Source of the DNA: the human T2T-CHM13v2.0 reference genome, Homo sapiens
Direction: 5' to 3' (one strand)
Assembly: GCF_009914755.1 (NCBI RefSeq)
Contig: NC_060937.1
DNA length: 64,000 nt
The position numbers and the translations under genes were made by a program. Every line of letters starts with the position of its first letter. The stretch's first letter is position 1. This document shows positions 27,930 to 47,254 of this stretch, piece after piece. A model generated the notes under the pieces. It saw only the letters and a program-made list of their open reading frames with translations, was not told the origin of the DNA and searched no databases.

Positions 27930-29309
27930 TATAATATTATACAGTATAATATATATAATAAATATATATATAATTTGTTTTATATCCTGCATCTTATATA
28001 TATTATATGTAATATAATAATTGATAATATATAATTATTATATATATAAAATATGACATATAACATATTTTAGGACATATATAATATATATCACATATAT
28101 ATTATATGTATAATATACCTATTAAATATATAATATACATTATATATAATATGTATGTTATATATAATATATAATATATAATAATATATAATTATATATG
28201 TACAATATGACATATATATATTTTATGACATATATATAATATATATTATATATTATATATAATACTTTATATGTATAATACATATATTAAATATATATTA
28301 TATGCATGTTATATTATATAATATATGTTATATATTATATAAAATATATATTTTATATATGTTATACACTATATGTTATATATATTATATATAATGTGAT
28401 ATATATAATGTATATAATTTGTTATATATAATGTATATCATATATATAATATACACCATATATTATATATCATATGTAATATACAATATATGGCATATGA
28501 TACATAACATATCGTATATGATATATATGATATATAATATACAATATATGACAAATATATTTGCTATATAATATATACTATATGATATATATTATATATG
28601 TTTTATATTATATAAAACTTTAATATTACATACAACTATATAATATTATATATAAATATGTAATATTCTATCATATAGAACTACATAATATGTAGAACTA
28701 TATAATATTAAGTTATATAAAATTTTATTATATACTTTATATATCATAATATATTATATATTGCATTATACTATTAAATATTACATAATATATATCATAT
28801 ATGTTACATACACAATATTAAAATATGCATTATATTATGATATATTAAATATCATATATATTATGTATCATATGTTGTATACTATATATTATATGTTATA
28901 CACTATATATATTATATATTATATAATATATAATTATACTTATAGTTATATAATTATACATATACTATATAATTATATAATTATATACATTATATTATAC
29001 ATATGATTATATAATTTATATTACATATAATTATATAATTATATGTATTTTATTATATAGAAAATATAATATATAACATAAAATATAATTATATATCATG
29101 ATATATTAGGTATCTTATACATTATATTATATATAACTATATGTTACATTATATATAACTATTTTCATCCATAAGGTATATAATAATGTATATGTATTAT
29201 ATATTATATATATTATGTAATATATATAATATATATATGACATAAATATTATATATTATGACATATTTATGATATATATTACATATGAAGCATATTATAT
29301 ATTATATAA

Positions 29310-29627
<318 letters not shown>

Positions 29628-31658
29628 AGATACATATTTTCCTAATGAAAAAAATTTCAAAGGTACTCTGCTTGGTACAATAATCAAATATATAAACTGA
29701 GGAATAAAACATAATCATTAAACATATTTATAACTGCATATTGAAAATACAGAGGATAATTTTCTAAATAACATATTTTGAAAGCATTAAGTAGTAATTT
29801 GAAGATTTCGCATTTGAAAGGCCAGTATGAATATACCTTCAATGCAGCAACATAGGTTTCCCATGAGAAAAATCAAACTCAGGGAAAATAAAACCACAAA
29901 GGTTCATTCTGTTCTGACCTCTGAAAAAGACAACACAGGCAGTGGCCCTTAGGACCAAGAGCAGGAGATCCCTAATCCCGTCACCATGGCGATAGGGCAT
30001 CAACATTGCAGGGTTAGGGCACAATCCACATTCTGAGGTCCAACTGCTGCCAGGAAGACAGGAGTGCTTTTACCTATACCGAAAGGTCATTGAAGGCTTA
30101 GTGTTTTGTTTCAAAAACTGAATCCCAAGCACACACATTATTATGCTGTGCTTCTTAAAATAAGTTATGAGATGGGAAATAGGGCACCCACAATATATAT
30201 ATACATATATTATATATATAATAATATATAGTATAATATATCTAATATATATAACATATATATAATTTTGTTTTACATCCTGCATCTAATTATATATGTA
30301 ATATAATTGATAATACATAATTATATATATAAAATATGAAATATAATATATATTTTAAGAGATATACAATATATATTATATATCACGTATACATTATATG
30401 TATAATACACCTATTAAATATATGACATACAATATATAATATAGATATTATATCCTTGTTATATATAATATGTAATATATAATAATACATAATTATATAT
30501 GTACAATATGACATACAATATATATTATATGACATATATAATATATATTATATATTATATATAATACTTTATACGTATAATACATATATTAAATAAATAT
30601 TATATATACATGTTATATATTATATAAAATATATATGTTATGTTATATAAAATATATGTTATATATATTATATATAATGTTATGTATAATATATAATTTA
30701 TTATAGATAATATAATGTATATCATATATTATATACAATATACACCATATATTATATATAATATATAATATAAAATACATGGTATATGATATATAATATA
30801 TCGCATATGATATATATGATATATAATATATAATATATGACATAATATATATGCTATATAATATATATATTATGATATATATTATATATGTTTTATATTA
30901 TATTCTATATAACTAATATTATATACAACTATATAATACATATAAATATATAATATACTATTATATAGGACTATATAATAGTATATTATATAGAACTATA
31001 TAATATTAAGTTATATAACATTTTATTATATGTTATATAATATATCATATTATATATTACATTATATTATTATATATTACACAATATATTATATCACATA
31101 ATATATGTTACATACACAATATTAAAATATGCATTATATTATGATATATTAAATATCATATATATTATGTAGATGTTTTATACTATATATTATATATTAT
31201 ACATTATATATTATATATTATATTATATATAATTATACTTAGTTATATAGTTATACATATAACTATATAATTATATAATTATATACATAATTATTTGTAT
31301 TATATATAAAAATATATGATTATATAATTATTTATATTATATATAATTATATAATTATATATATTTTATTATATATAAAATATATATAACATACAATGTA
31401 TATGTTATATATCATGTGTGATATATTAGATATGTTATACATTATATTATATATAACTATATGTTACATTATATATCACTATGTATTTTCCTCTATAAGA
31501 TATATGATAATATGTATTATGTATTATATATATTAGGTAATATATATAATACATTTTATATATAAAATGACATAAATATTATATACTATGACATATTATA
31601 TATATTATATATTACATATAAAGCATATTATATAATATATAATATATATCATATATAA

Positions 31659-31950
31659 TTTTTTTTTAGACAGTGTCTTGTTCTGTTGCACAGGCTGGAG
31701 TACAATGGCGCCATCTTTGCTCACTGCAACATCTGCCTCACGGTTTCAAGCAATTGTCCTACTTTGGCCTCCCTGGTAGCTGTGACTACACCACACTGGG
31801 ACTACATCAGCTGCCACCATGCCTAGCTAATTTTTTGGATTTTTAGTAGTGACAACGTTTCACTGTATTGGACAGGATGGTCTTGATCTCCTCACCTTGT
31901 GATCCTCTTGCCTTGGCCTCCAAAAGTGCTGGGATTACAGGCCTGAGCCA
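31659..31950 (-). mobile_element. Alu within HSat1B unit 4
   Basis: Same diagnostic Alu. Confidence 0.9.
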
Positions 31951-34491
31951 AGATACATACTTTTCAAATGAAAAAAAGTTTCAAAAGTACTCTGCTTGGT
32001 ACAAGAATCAAATATATAAACTGAGGAATAAAACATAACCATGAATCATATTTATAACTGCATATGGAAAATACAGAAGATAATTTTCTAAATAACATAT
32101 TTTGAAAGCATTAACTAGTAATTTGAAGAGTTTGCATTTGAAAGGCCAGTATGAATATACCTTCAATGCAGCAACATAGGTTCCCCATGAGAAAAATCAA
32201 AATCAGGGAAAATAAAACCACAAAGGTTCAATCTGTTCTTACCTTTGAAAAACACAGCACAGACAGTGGCCCTTAGGACCAAGAGCAGGAGATCCCTAAT
32301 CTCGTCACCATGGCGACAGTGCATAAACATTGCAGGGTGAGGGCACAATCCACATTGTGAGGTACAACTGCTTCCAGGAAGACAGGAGTGCTTTTTAATA
32401 GACCGAAACGTCATTGAAGGCTCAGTATTTTCTTTCAAAAACTGAATCCCAAGCCCACACATTATTATGCTGTGCTTCTTAAAATAAGTTATGAGATGGA
32501 AATAGGGCACCCACATATATATATATATTATATATATAATAATATATAGTATAATGTAAATAATATATATAAAATATATGTAATTTTGTTTTAAATCCTG
32601 CATCTTATATATATTATATGTAATATAATCATTGATAACATATAATTATATATATACAATATGACATATAATGTATATTATATTTTAGGACATATATATT
32701 ATATATCACATATATAGTATATTATATGTATATGTATTAAATATATAATATACAATATATAATATATAATTATATATACAATATGACATATACATTTTAT
32801 GACGTATATAATATATATTATATATTATATATAATATATGCATAATACATATATTAAATATATATTATATGTATTTTATATATTATATATAATTTATGTT
32901 ATATATTATATATGTTGTATACAATATATTTTTATATATAAAATATGTTATATATAATGTATTATTTATCATATATAATATAATATATATCATACATTAT
33001 ATATAATATACACCATATATGATATATAATATATAATATACGATATATGGTATATGATATATATAACATATATCATATATATGATCTATAATATATGATA
33101 TATAATACAAAATATGTGATACATAATATATATGGTGTATGATATATACTGTGATATATTCTATATGATTTATATATTATATATAAATATTTAATATTAT
33201 AACTATATATTATATATAACTATATATTACATATAACTATATATCATATATAACTACATAATATATATAGCTATATAATATTAAGTTACATATAATTTAT
33301 ATTTTTTATATAACATAATATATTATATATTATATTATATATTACTTAATATAGATTATATATCAGAAAATATATGTTACATACATAATATTAAAGTATA
33401 CATTATATTATATTAAATATATATTTTATGTATCATATATTGTATATTATATATTATATATTATATAAGTTATATATTACATTATATATAATTATACTTA
33501 TAGTTATATAATTATACATATAACTATACAATTATATAATTATAAATATAATTATATAATTATATAATTATATATAATAATTTATACAATATATAATTAT
33601 ATGATTATATAATTATATATTATATATAATTATATGATTATATAATTATATATTATATATAATTATATGATTATATAATTATATATTATATATAATTATA
33701 TCATTATATATATTATATTATATATTAAATATATATAACATAAAATATATATTATACCTCATATGTATTATGATGTATTATACATCAACTATATATTATA
33801 TATAAATATATAATATACTATTATATATAACTATATAATATTAAATTATATATAACTGTATATTAACTTATATAAAATCTTATATATTTTATATAATATA
33901 TCATGATATATCATATATTACATTATATTATAGATTACATAATATATATTATATATCACATAATATATGTTACATACATATTAAAATCTACATTATAGTA
34001 TGATATATTAAATATCATATATATTATGTATCATATATTGTATATTATGTATTATATATGATACATTACATATATTTTATATTGTATTATATACTTATAA
34101 TTATATAAATATACATATAACTATAGAGTTATATAATTATATACATAATTAGTTATATTATATATAATTATATGATTATAACTATATTATATACAATTAT
34201 ATAATTATATATATTGTTTTAAATATAAAATATAATATATAACATAAAATATATAATATATTATATATATTAGATATATTATATCTAACTATATGTTATG
34301 TTATATAGAAATATATATTTTCATCTATAAGACATATAATAATGTATATGTATTTTATACTATATATATTATGCAACATATATAATATACATAATATGAC
34401 ATATGATAAATATTATATAGTATGACAATATATGACATTATATATTACATATAAAGCATAGTATATAATATATAATATATATCATATATAA

Positions 34492-34783
<292 letters not shown>

Positions 34784-36588
34784 AGATACATATGTTTTAA
34801 ATGAAAAAAAATTTCAAAGGTACTCTGCTTGGTACAAGAATCAAATATATAAACTGAGGAATAAAACATAACCATGAATCATATTTATAACTGCATATGG
34901 AAAACACAGAGGATAATTTTTTAAATAACATATTTTGAAAGCATTAACTAGTAATTTGAAGAGTTCGCATTTTAAAGGCCAGTATGAATATACCTTCAAT
35001 GCAGCAACATAGGTTCCCCATGAGAAAAATCAAAATCAGGGAAAATAAAACCACAAAGGTTCAATCTGTTCTGACCTTTGAAAAACACAGCACAGGCAGT
35101 GGCCCTTAGGACCAAGAACAGGAGATCCCTAATCTCGTCACCATGGCGATAGGGCATAAACATTGCAGGGTGAGAGCACAATCCACATTGTGAGGTCCAA
35201 CTGCTGCCAGGAAGACAGGAGTGCTTTTACATAGACCGAAAGGTCATTGAAGGCTCAGTGTTTTGTTTCAAAAACTGAATCCAAAGCCCACACATTATAA
35301 TGCTGTGCTTCTTAAAATAAGTTATGAGATGTGAAATAGGGCACCCACAAATATATATATATTATATATATATAGTATAATATATATAATATATATAACA
35401 TATATATAATTTTGTGTTACATCCTGCATCTCATATTATATATATTATATGTAATATAATTGATAATAATTACATATATACATGACATAATATATATTTT
35501 ATGACATATATAGTAAAAATTATATATCACATGTATATTATATGTATAATATATGCGTTAAATATATAATATACAGTATATATAATATATATAGTATGTA
35601 TGTTATATATAATATATAATATATAATTATATATATACAATATGACATATATTATATTTGACATATATATTATATATAATACATAATATGTATCATACAT
35701 ATATTATACATTATATGTATGTGTTATATATTATGTATAATACATGTGATATGTTACATACTATATGTTATATATAATATATATGTTATAATTTATAATT
35801 TATTATATATAATGTATATCATATATCATATATAATATACACCATAGATTATATGTAATACATAATATACAATATATTAATATACAATATAAAGTATATG
35901 ACATATATATCATATATGATATATATGTTATATAAAACATGCAATATATGATAGGAAATATATATGATATATAATATATATTATACGATATACACTAACT
36001 ATGATTTATATTATATATAACTATATTGTATATAAATATATATTATATAGAAGTATATATTATATATAATTATATATTATATGATATATATTATATTATT
36101 ATATATTACATAATATATATTATATATCATATATGTTACATATATAATATGAATATATACATTATGATGTATTAAATATCACATATATTACGTTTCATAT
36201 ATTGTATATTATATATTATATATGTGATGTATTATATATAATTACATATAATTATATAATTATACATATAACTATATAATCATATAATTATATATACAAT
36301 TATTTATATTATATATAATTATATAATTACATACATTTATATTATGTAATTATATAATAATATATATATTATATATAAAATATAATACGTAATATAAAAT
36401 ATATATATTATATATCATATATGATATATTATATATGTTGTATATTATATTATATATAACTATATTACATATAATTATATATTTTCATTTATAAGTTATA
36501 TAATAATGTATAATATGTATTATATATTATATGTATTATGTAATATATAATATATATAATATGACATGATATATATTATGACATATAA

Positions 36589-36934
<346 letters not shown>

Positions 36935-38545
36935 AGGTATATATTTTTTAAATGAAAAATAATTTCAAAGGTACTCTGCTTGGTACAATAATCAAATATA
37001 TAAATTGAGGAATAAAACAGAAACATGAAACCTATTTATAACTGCATATGGAAAATACAGAGGATAATTTTTTAAATAACATATTTTGAAAGCATTAACT
37101 AGTAATTTGAAGAGTTCGCATTTGACAGGCCAGTATGAACATAACTTGAATGCAGCAACACTGGTTCCCCATGAGAAAAATGAAAGTCAGGGAAAATGAA
37201 ACCACAAAGTTTCAATCTGCTCTGACCTTTGAAAAATTCAGCACAGACAGTGGCACTTAAGACCAAGGGCAGGAGATGCCTAATCCCATCACCATGGCGA
37301 TAGGGCATAAACATTCCAGGGTGAAGGCACAATGCACATTGTGAGGTCCAACAGCTGCCATGCAGACAGGTGTGCTTTTACAGGTACAGGAAGCTCATTG
37401 AAGGCTCAGTGTTTTGTTTCAAAAATTGAATCCCAAGCCCACACATTATTATGCTGTGCTTCTTAAAATAATTTATGAGATGAGAAATAGAGCACCACCA
37501 AATAAATATTATATATATAAATATACATAATTATATAAAATATATGTATCATATATTTATTTATATAATTTCCTTTTACCTCCTGCATCCTTATATATAT
37601 TATATATAATATAATATATAATAATATATAATTATTACATGTAATATATGTAGTATAATTATATATGTAATTACATATAATTATATATATAATTATTACA
37701 TATAATATATAATTATATATAATTATATATATAATTATTACATATAATATATAATTATATATAATTATATATATAATTATTACATATAATATATAATTAT
37801 ATATAATTATATATATAATTATTACATATATATAATTATATATATATTATAAAATACATTATATATTATATATAATATATAATATATAATAAATTATATG
37901 ACATACAGTATATAATATAGATTATATAAAATATATATCATATATAATATATATCATATACAATAGATCATAATATAATATATAATATTTTATATAAAAT
38001 ATATTATATATAATATATAATTTTATATTATATATAAGTATATAATATATAATTTTATGTATTATATATAATGTATAGTATAATTATTATATAATTATAT
38101 AAAATATAATATATAACATATATTATATATCATATGTTATATAATATGTATTTTATCTTATATAGTATATATCATATATGAAAAATAATATATATCATAT
38201 TATATACCATACATGATATATAATATATATCATATATTATATACCATGATATATAATATAAAGTATATATATTATAGATTATATATAACATATATCATAT
38301 ATTACATATTATAGGTTAAATATATATATTATATTTAATATATATTATATATATCATATTATATTTTATATGACATATCATATATATGATATAATATATA
38401 TATCATATATGTGATATATATAATATATATTATATAATATATATCATATATATGATGTATTATATATAATTTATATAACATATACTGTATCATATATATG
38501 ATATATCATATATATGATACTATATATTATATATATTATATATAG

Positions 38546-38916
<371 letters not shown>

Positions 38917-40945
38917 AGATACACATTTTTTAAATGAAGAAAAATTTCAAACATACTCTGCTTAGTACAATAATCAAATATATAAATTGAGGAATAAAAC
39001 ATAACCATGAAACATATTTATAACTGCATATGGATAATACAGAGGATAATTTTTTAAAGAACATACTTTGAAAGCATTAACTAGTAATTTGAAGAGTTCG
39101 CATTTGACAGGTCAGTATGAACATACCTTGAATGCAGCAACACAGGTTCCCCATAAGAAAAATGACAATTAGGAAAATGAAACCACAAAGGTTCAATCTG
39201 CTCTGACCTTCGAAAAACTCAGCACAGACAGTGGCACTTAGGACCAAGGGCAGGAGATCCCTAATCCCATCACCATGGCGATAGGGCATAAACATTCCAG
39301 GGTGAAGGCACAATCCACATTGTGAGGTCCAACTGCTGCCTGGGAGACAGGAGTCGTTTTACATGTACATTAAGTTCATTGAAGGCTCAGTGTTTTGTTT
39401 CAAAAACTGAATCCCAACCCCACACATTATTATGCTGTGCTTCTTAAACTAAGTTATGAGATGGGAAATAGGGCACACACAAATATATATATATGTTATA
39501 TATATTACAGATATTAATTATATATTTAATATATATAACATATATATAATTCCCTTTTATATGATGCATCTTATATATATTATATATAATATAATAATAT
39601 ATAATAATATACAATTATTAAATATACAAAATGACATACAATATACATTATATTTTGACATATATGTAATATATATTATATATATTATGTGTAATATATA
39701 TATTAAATATATATTATGTGTAATATATATATTAAATATATATTATGTGTAATATATATTAAATATATATTATATATTATGTATAATATATATTATATAT
39801 AATATATAAGATATTTTATAATATATATAATATAATGTATACCATATATTACACATAATATATAGCATACATATTATAAATGTATTATATACATGATATA
39901 TGATATATATGGTATGTAAGATAAGATATATAATATATAATATACGATATATAGATTTATAATATATTATATATGATATATAACATATAATATATGACAT
40001 ACAATATATATGTTATATATTATATATAACATGATATATATTATGTATGTTTTGTTATATAACTATATAATATATTATATATAATTATATATTATATATA
40101 ATTACATTATATTTTCTATATATCATAATATACTATGTATTATATATTATTACGTATTATATATTATATATTTTATTTTATACAATATATGTTACATATA
40201 TATTAAAATACATATTATATATTATATATAATGTATAATGTATATTATATATAATATATAATGTATATTATACATTATATATAATATATAATGTATATTA
40301 TATATTATATATAATATATAATGTATATTATATATTATATATAATATATAATGTATATTATATATTATATATAATATATAATGTATATTATATATTATGT
40401 TATATATTATACATATAATTATTATATAATTACATATATATTATTATATATTATATAGAATAATTTATATAATTTGTTATATACAGTATAATTATTATAT
40501 GTATAATTATCTTATATATATGATATATATAAAATATATGCATATTATATATAATTTGATATATATTATAAAATATATACATATTATATATCATATATGA
40601 TATATATTATAAATTATATACATATTATATATCGCAAAAGATATATATTATATATGTTATATATCATATTATATATATCTTATATTAAATATAATTATAT
40701 TATATAATTTCATATATAATATATAATAATGTATATTATATATACATTAATATATATAATAAATATAAAATATATATGACATATGGTATGTATTATATAT
40801 ACTGACATAATATATATATGTACTGACATATAATGTATATTATATATATTATATATACTATGACATATAATATATATTATATATAATATATTACATATGT
40901 ATTATATAATGTATAATATATATGATATATATTATATATATATAA

Positions 40946-41237
<292 letters not shown>

Positions 41238-42811
41238 AGATACATATTTTTTAAATGAAGAAAAATTTCTAAGGTACTCTGCTTGGTACAATAATCAAAT
41301 ATATAAATTGATTAATAAAACGTAACCATGAAACATGTTTATAACTGCATATGGAAAATACAGTGGATAATTTTTTAAATAGGATATTTTGAAAGCATTA
41401 ACTAGTAATTTGAAGAGTTCGCATTTGACAGGCCAGTATGAACATACCTTGAATGCAGCAACACAGGTTCCCCATAAGAAAAATCAAAATCAGGGAAAAT
41501 GAAACCACAAATGTTCAATCTGCTGTGACCTTCGAAAAATTCAGCACAGACAGTGGCACTTAGGACCAAGGGCAGGAGATCCCTAATCCCATCACCATGG
41601 CGATAGGGTATAAACATTCCATGGTGAAGGCACAATCCACATTGTGAGGTCCAACTGCTGCCATGCAGACAGTTGTGCTTTTACATGTACAGGAAGGTCA
41701 TTGAAGGCTCATTGTTCTGTTTCAAAAACTGAATCCCAAGCCCACATATTATTATGCTGTGCTTCTTAAAATAAGTTATGAGATTCGAAACAGGACATCC
41801 CCACATATTTATATATATATTTAAGTATAGATAATATAATATAAAATATATATAATATATATTATAGATATTTCCTTTTACATCCTGCATCCTGATATTA
41901 TATATATTATATATAATATAATATAAAATATATAATTATATATTGTATAATATATATAATTATATATATTTATATAATTATATATAATTATATAATATAA
42001 TATATACTATATACTATATACATTATATATTATATAATATATACTATATACATTATATATTATATAATATATAATACATATAGTTTATATTATATATAAT
42101 ATATACTATATATAATATATAGTATATAATATATACTATATATTATATATAATATATAGTTTATATTATATATAATATATAGTGTATAATATACATGATA
42201 TATAATATATCATAATATAAGTATATTATATTACATATTATATTAAACATATAATATATAATATATATTATGTAGAATAATAATATAATATAATATATAT
42301 TATATAATATATAATATTATATTAAATAATAATTATAATATATAATATATTATGATATATAATACAATATATAGTTACATATCTTATAATATATAATATG
42401 TAATATATATCATATTTTATATATGTCATATATATTACATGTCATATATATCACATAATATATAATATATATCATATATGTAATTTATATCATATATAAT
42501 ATATATCATATTACATATGAAATATATTATATATAGTATATTATATATCATATATATAATATAATGACATATATGTAATATGTATTATATAATATTATCA
42601 TATATATTATATATTATATATAATATATAATATATATAACATTTTATATACAATAAATTATATATTTCATATAATATATATTCTATGTCATATATATTAT
42701 ATATAATATATGTAAATGACATAGAATATATATTATATATATCATATATTAGGACGTATTATATATGATATATATTATATATTACGTATGTCATTTATTA
42801 TATATATATAA

Positions 42812-43103
<292 letters not shown>

Positions 43104-43744
43104 AGATCCGTATTTTTTAAATGAACAAAAATTTCAAAGGTACTCTGCTTGGTACAATAATCAAATATGTAAATTGAGGAATAAAACATAACCATGAAAC
43201 ATATTTATAACTGCATATGGAAAATACAGAGGATAATTTTTTAAATAACAAATTTTGAAAGCATTAATAATTTGAAAAGATCGCATTTGACAGGCCAGTA
43301 TGAACATACCTCGATTGGAGGAACACAGGTTCCCCTTAAGAAAAATCAAAATCAGGGAAAATGAACCCAGAAAAGTTCAATCTGCTCTGACCTTTGAAAA
43401 ACTCAGCCCAGACAGTGGCACTTATGACCAAGGGCAGGAGATTTCTAATCCCATCACCATGGCGATAGGGCATAAACATTCCTGGGTGAAGGCACAATCC
43501 ACATTGTGAGGTCCTACTGCTGCCATGCAGACAGGTGTGCTTTTACATGGACCGGAAGTTCATTGAAGGCTCAGTGTTTTTTTTCAAAAACTGAATCCCA
43601 AACCCACACATTATTATGCTGTGCTTCTTAAAATAAGTTATGAGATGGGAAATAGGGCACCCCCAAATATAGCCAATAGTGAGAGTTTCAAATTGAGGAA
43701 AGGCACAACTGATATGTTGAGAATAAACAGAGATTCCATTCTGT

Positions 43745-44935
43745 TTTTTCTTTTTCAACTTTTATGTTAGATTCAGGGTCTACATGTGCAGGTTTATTAC
43801 CTGGGTATATTGTGTGGTGCTGAGGTTTGGGGTGTGAATGATCCCAACACCCAGGTACTGAACATGGTATTCAGCAGTTTTTCAACCTTTTCCTTCCTCC
43901 CTCCCCCTCCTAGCAGTCCCTAGTGTCTATTTTCACCATCTTCATATCCATGGGTACTCAGAATTTAGCTCCTACTTATAGGAACATGAGGCGTTTGTTT
44001 TCTGTTACTACATTAGTTCACTTCCTGGATTCCAGCTGTAGCCATTTTCCCTCAAAGAACATAATTTCATTCTTTTTTGTGGCTGCATAGTATTCCATGG
44101 TCTATATGTACCACATTTTTATCCAGTCCACTGTTGATAGTCCACTGTTGATGGGCACCTAGGTTGATCCCATGTCTTTGCTAATGTGAATAGTGTTGCA
44201 ATAAACATACAAGTGCATATGTCTTTTTGGTGGAATGATTTGTTTTCTTTTGGATACATATTCGGTAATGAGACTGCTGGGTTGAATGTTAGTTCTGTTT
44301 TATGTTCTTTGAGAAATCTCCAAATTGCTTTCCACAGTGGCTGAACTAAATTACATTCCCACCAAAGGTGTATAAGCATTCCCTTTTCTCCTTATCCTCG
44401 CCAGTATCTGCTATTTTTTTTTTTTTTACTTTTTAAAAATAGCCATTCTGACTGGTGTGAGATAATATCTCATTGTGGTTTTGATTTGCATTTCCCTCGT
44501 GATTAGTGATGATGAGCATTTTTTTCATGTTTGTTGGCTGCATGTATGTCTCCTTCTGAGAAGTGTCTATGTCTTTTGCCCCTTTTTAAATGGGGTTGTG
44601 TTTTGCTTGTTGAATTATGTTCCTTATAGATTCTAAATATTAGACCTTTGTTGGATGCATAGTTTGTGAATAATTTCCCCCATTCTGTAGGTTGTTTACT
44701 CTGCTGATGGTTTCCTTTGCTGTGTGGCAGCTCTTTAGTTTAATTAGGTCCCATTTGTCAACTTTTGCTTTTGTTGCAATTTCTTTTGAAGTCTTAGTCA
44801 TGAATTATTTCCCATAGCCCATATCCAGAATGGTACTTTTGAAGTTTTTCTTCCAGGTTTATTTTAGTTTGAGGTCTTAAATTTAAATCTTTAATCCAAC
44901 CTGAGTTAATTTTTGTAAATGGTGAAAAGGTGACC
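43745..44935 (-). mobile_element. L1 3' end (older primate L1PA/L1PB-like), 5'-truncated
   Basis: T-rich tail then caacttttatgttagattcagggtctacatgtgcaggttt.... ORF 44119..44379 (WWECNLVQPLWKAIWRFLK...CTCMFIATLFTLAKTWDQPRCPS) is the L1 ORF2p C-terminus. Confidence 0.9.
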
Positions 44936-44937
44936 AG

Positions 44938-45254
44938 TTTTTTGTTTTTTTGTTTTTGTTTTTTGTTTGTTTTTTGAGAGGTAGTCTTCCTTTGTCACGA
45001 GGCTGTAGTGGAGTGGTGCCGTCTCAGCTCACAGCAACCTCCACCTGCCGGGTTCAAGCGATTCTCCTGCCTCAGCTTCCTGAGTCACTGGGATTACAGG
45101 CACGTGCTACCACACCCAGCTAATTTTTGTATTTTTAGTAGAGACAGGGTTTCACCATGTTAGCCTGGCTAGACTCGATCTTCTGACCTTGTGATCCTCC
45201 CACATTGGCCTCCCAAAGTGCTGGGATCACAGTCATGAGCCACTGTGCCTGGCC
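44938..45254 (-). mobile_element. AluS (AluSc-like)
   Basis: (TTTTTG)n tail and both arms, ending gagccactgtgcctggcc. Confidence 0.9.
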
Positions 45255-45579
45255 AATAAGGTGCATTATTAACATCAATAAAGCTCAGGAACCAGCTTTC
45301 ACCATATTTTTGTTTAATTTACAGTTTTTCTCAGAGTCTTTGGAATAGATTCCTCCCTCCATGAGCCAGAGAACTTACAATGTTCACTGCAGTGTCTTTA
45401 AATGTAGCAGTAGCAGCTGTGGGTTGAGAACACAAGTCTTCCACTTTTCCTTTTAGAGCCAGCCATTCATGGTGCTCTGTGTTCTTATTCAGCATTGGGT
45501 AGGGGCATCTGGGTGCTGGGCATAGCACCAGTGCCCCATGGAGGAGGGAGGCAGGAAGCCCCTTTCTTCCTTCTCTAAA

Positions 45580-46330
45580 ACCTTTTTTCTTTATGTAGAT
45601 CCAAGTTTTTAGCCTATATCATTTTCTTCTCTCTGGATAACTTCTTTTAACATTTTGACAGATCTACTGACAGCAAATTTGTGTTTCTCTGAGAAAGTCT
45701 TTATTTTCTTCACTTTGGAAAGATAATTTTGCAGGATACAGAATTTTAGTTTGGTGGAATTTTCTTGCTTGCTTGCATGGGTTCTGAAGAAAAGTTTGAT
45801 GCAATTTTTATTCTTATTCTAACAGGTGTTAGGCCCTGCTAAAGCCCAAGGTGGTTAGACTCTTGTGAAATGGTTTCCCTGGGGCAGGCTTTTGCTAAGG
45901 AGAACGGAACACCCAGGGCATATTTCAAAGTAGTTACTTTTCCCCTTCCCTGTGGGAAGCAGGAGGGAATTTTTCTCTGATGTGCATAAGAGCGTCTGGC
46001 AGAGCTCTTGGAGGTTCATGAAAGTGTAGGGCCCCCTAAGACTGGGCTCCCTTAATTCTTAATTCTCAAGTTTATGTGCATGGAGCCTCCAGCGATTTGT
46101 TGTTTACATGTAAGTCTTCCCACCGTGGTTCTGGCTCCAGTGGCCAGCCTCCGATCCTGTTAGGCTGGGACTCACTGCCTCTCCAATTTGGGGGATAACG
46201 GTTTTCCCTGTTAACCTCAAATCTCTGATGGATCTAAGAAAAGTTGTAATTTTCAGTTTGTTCAAGGTGTTTTTTGTTGTTGTTGTGAGGACAGGAGTGA
46301 CAGCTTCCAAGCTGGAAAACAGAAGTCACA
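45580..46330 (-). mobile_element. Old L1M (L1MC/MD-like) fragments
   Basis: ctgagaaagtctttattt...cactttggaaagataattttgcaggatacagaatt and terminal ggagtgacagcttccaagct...cagaagtc motifs typical of antisense L1M. Confidence 0.6.
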
Positions 46331-46359
46331 TTTGGGTTTTGTTTCAAGATATTTTTCCA

Positions 46360-46935
46360 ATGACAGAGAATGATGCCACACACATTTCCATAGATGTCTT
46401 TTGATGCAGATGTGCATGCGTTTCTGTTATCCTAAGAGTGAAATACCTGAGTCCTAAATGTGCTCCTTTCTAGAACCTTTATTCAATGCCAAACACAGTA
46501 TCCCCTCCAGCAGTGATGAGAGTTCTTGTTGCTCCAGATTCTCTCCAACACTTGGTGTTCTATCTTTTACATTTTAGCCGTTTTGGAGGATATGTTATCC
46601 TGTTGTGATGTTAATTTGCATTTACATGAATACTAAGAAAGCTGAACACATTCAAGTTTTGCTTTTATAAATTACACGTTTAAGTGTTTTACCCATTGTT
46701 CTTTCTCTTAGTGATTTTTAAGAGCTCTTTACATATTGTTGATGTGAGCCCTCTGTCAGTTCTATGTGTTCATAGATCTGTTTCCACTCTGCAACTTGTC
46801 TTGTCACTTTCTTAGCGGTGTCTCTTAATAAACAGAAATTCTTAATTTGAATATAGTCTAATTTATCAACTTATTCCCTTAAAACTATGGCTCATTGTGA
46901 TCTGTTTAAGAAATCTGTCCCCATTCATGGTCATA
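46360..46935 (-). mobile_element. Old L1M (L1ME-like) fragment
   Basis: ccagcagtgatgagagttcttgttgctccagattctctccaacacttgg...ttagccgttttgg...ttaatttgcattt, an antisense L1 3' region. Confidence 0.6.
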
Positions 46936-46941
46936 AAAATC

Positions 46942-47254
<313 letters not shown>

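Noticed and set aside
44119-44379. 86-aa ORF
   Set aside because: Remnant of the L1 ORF2p C-terminus in a truncated element.
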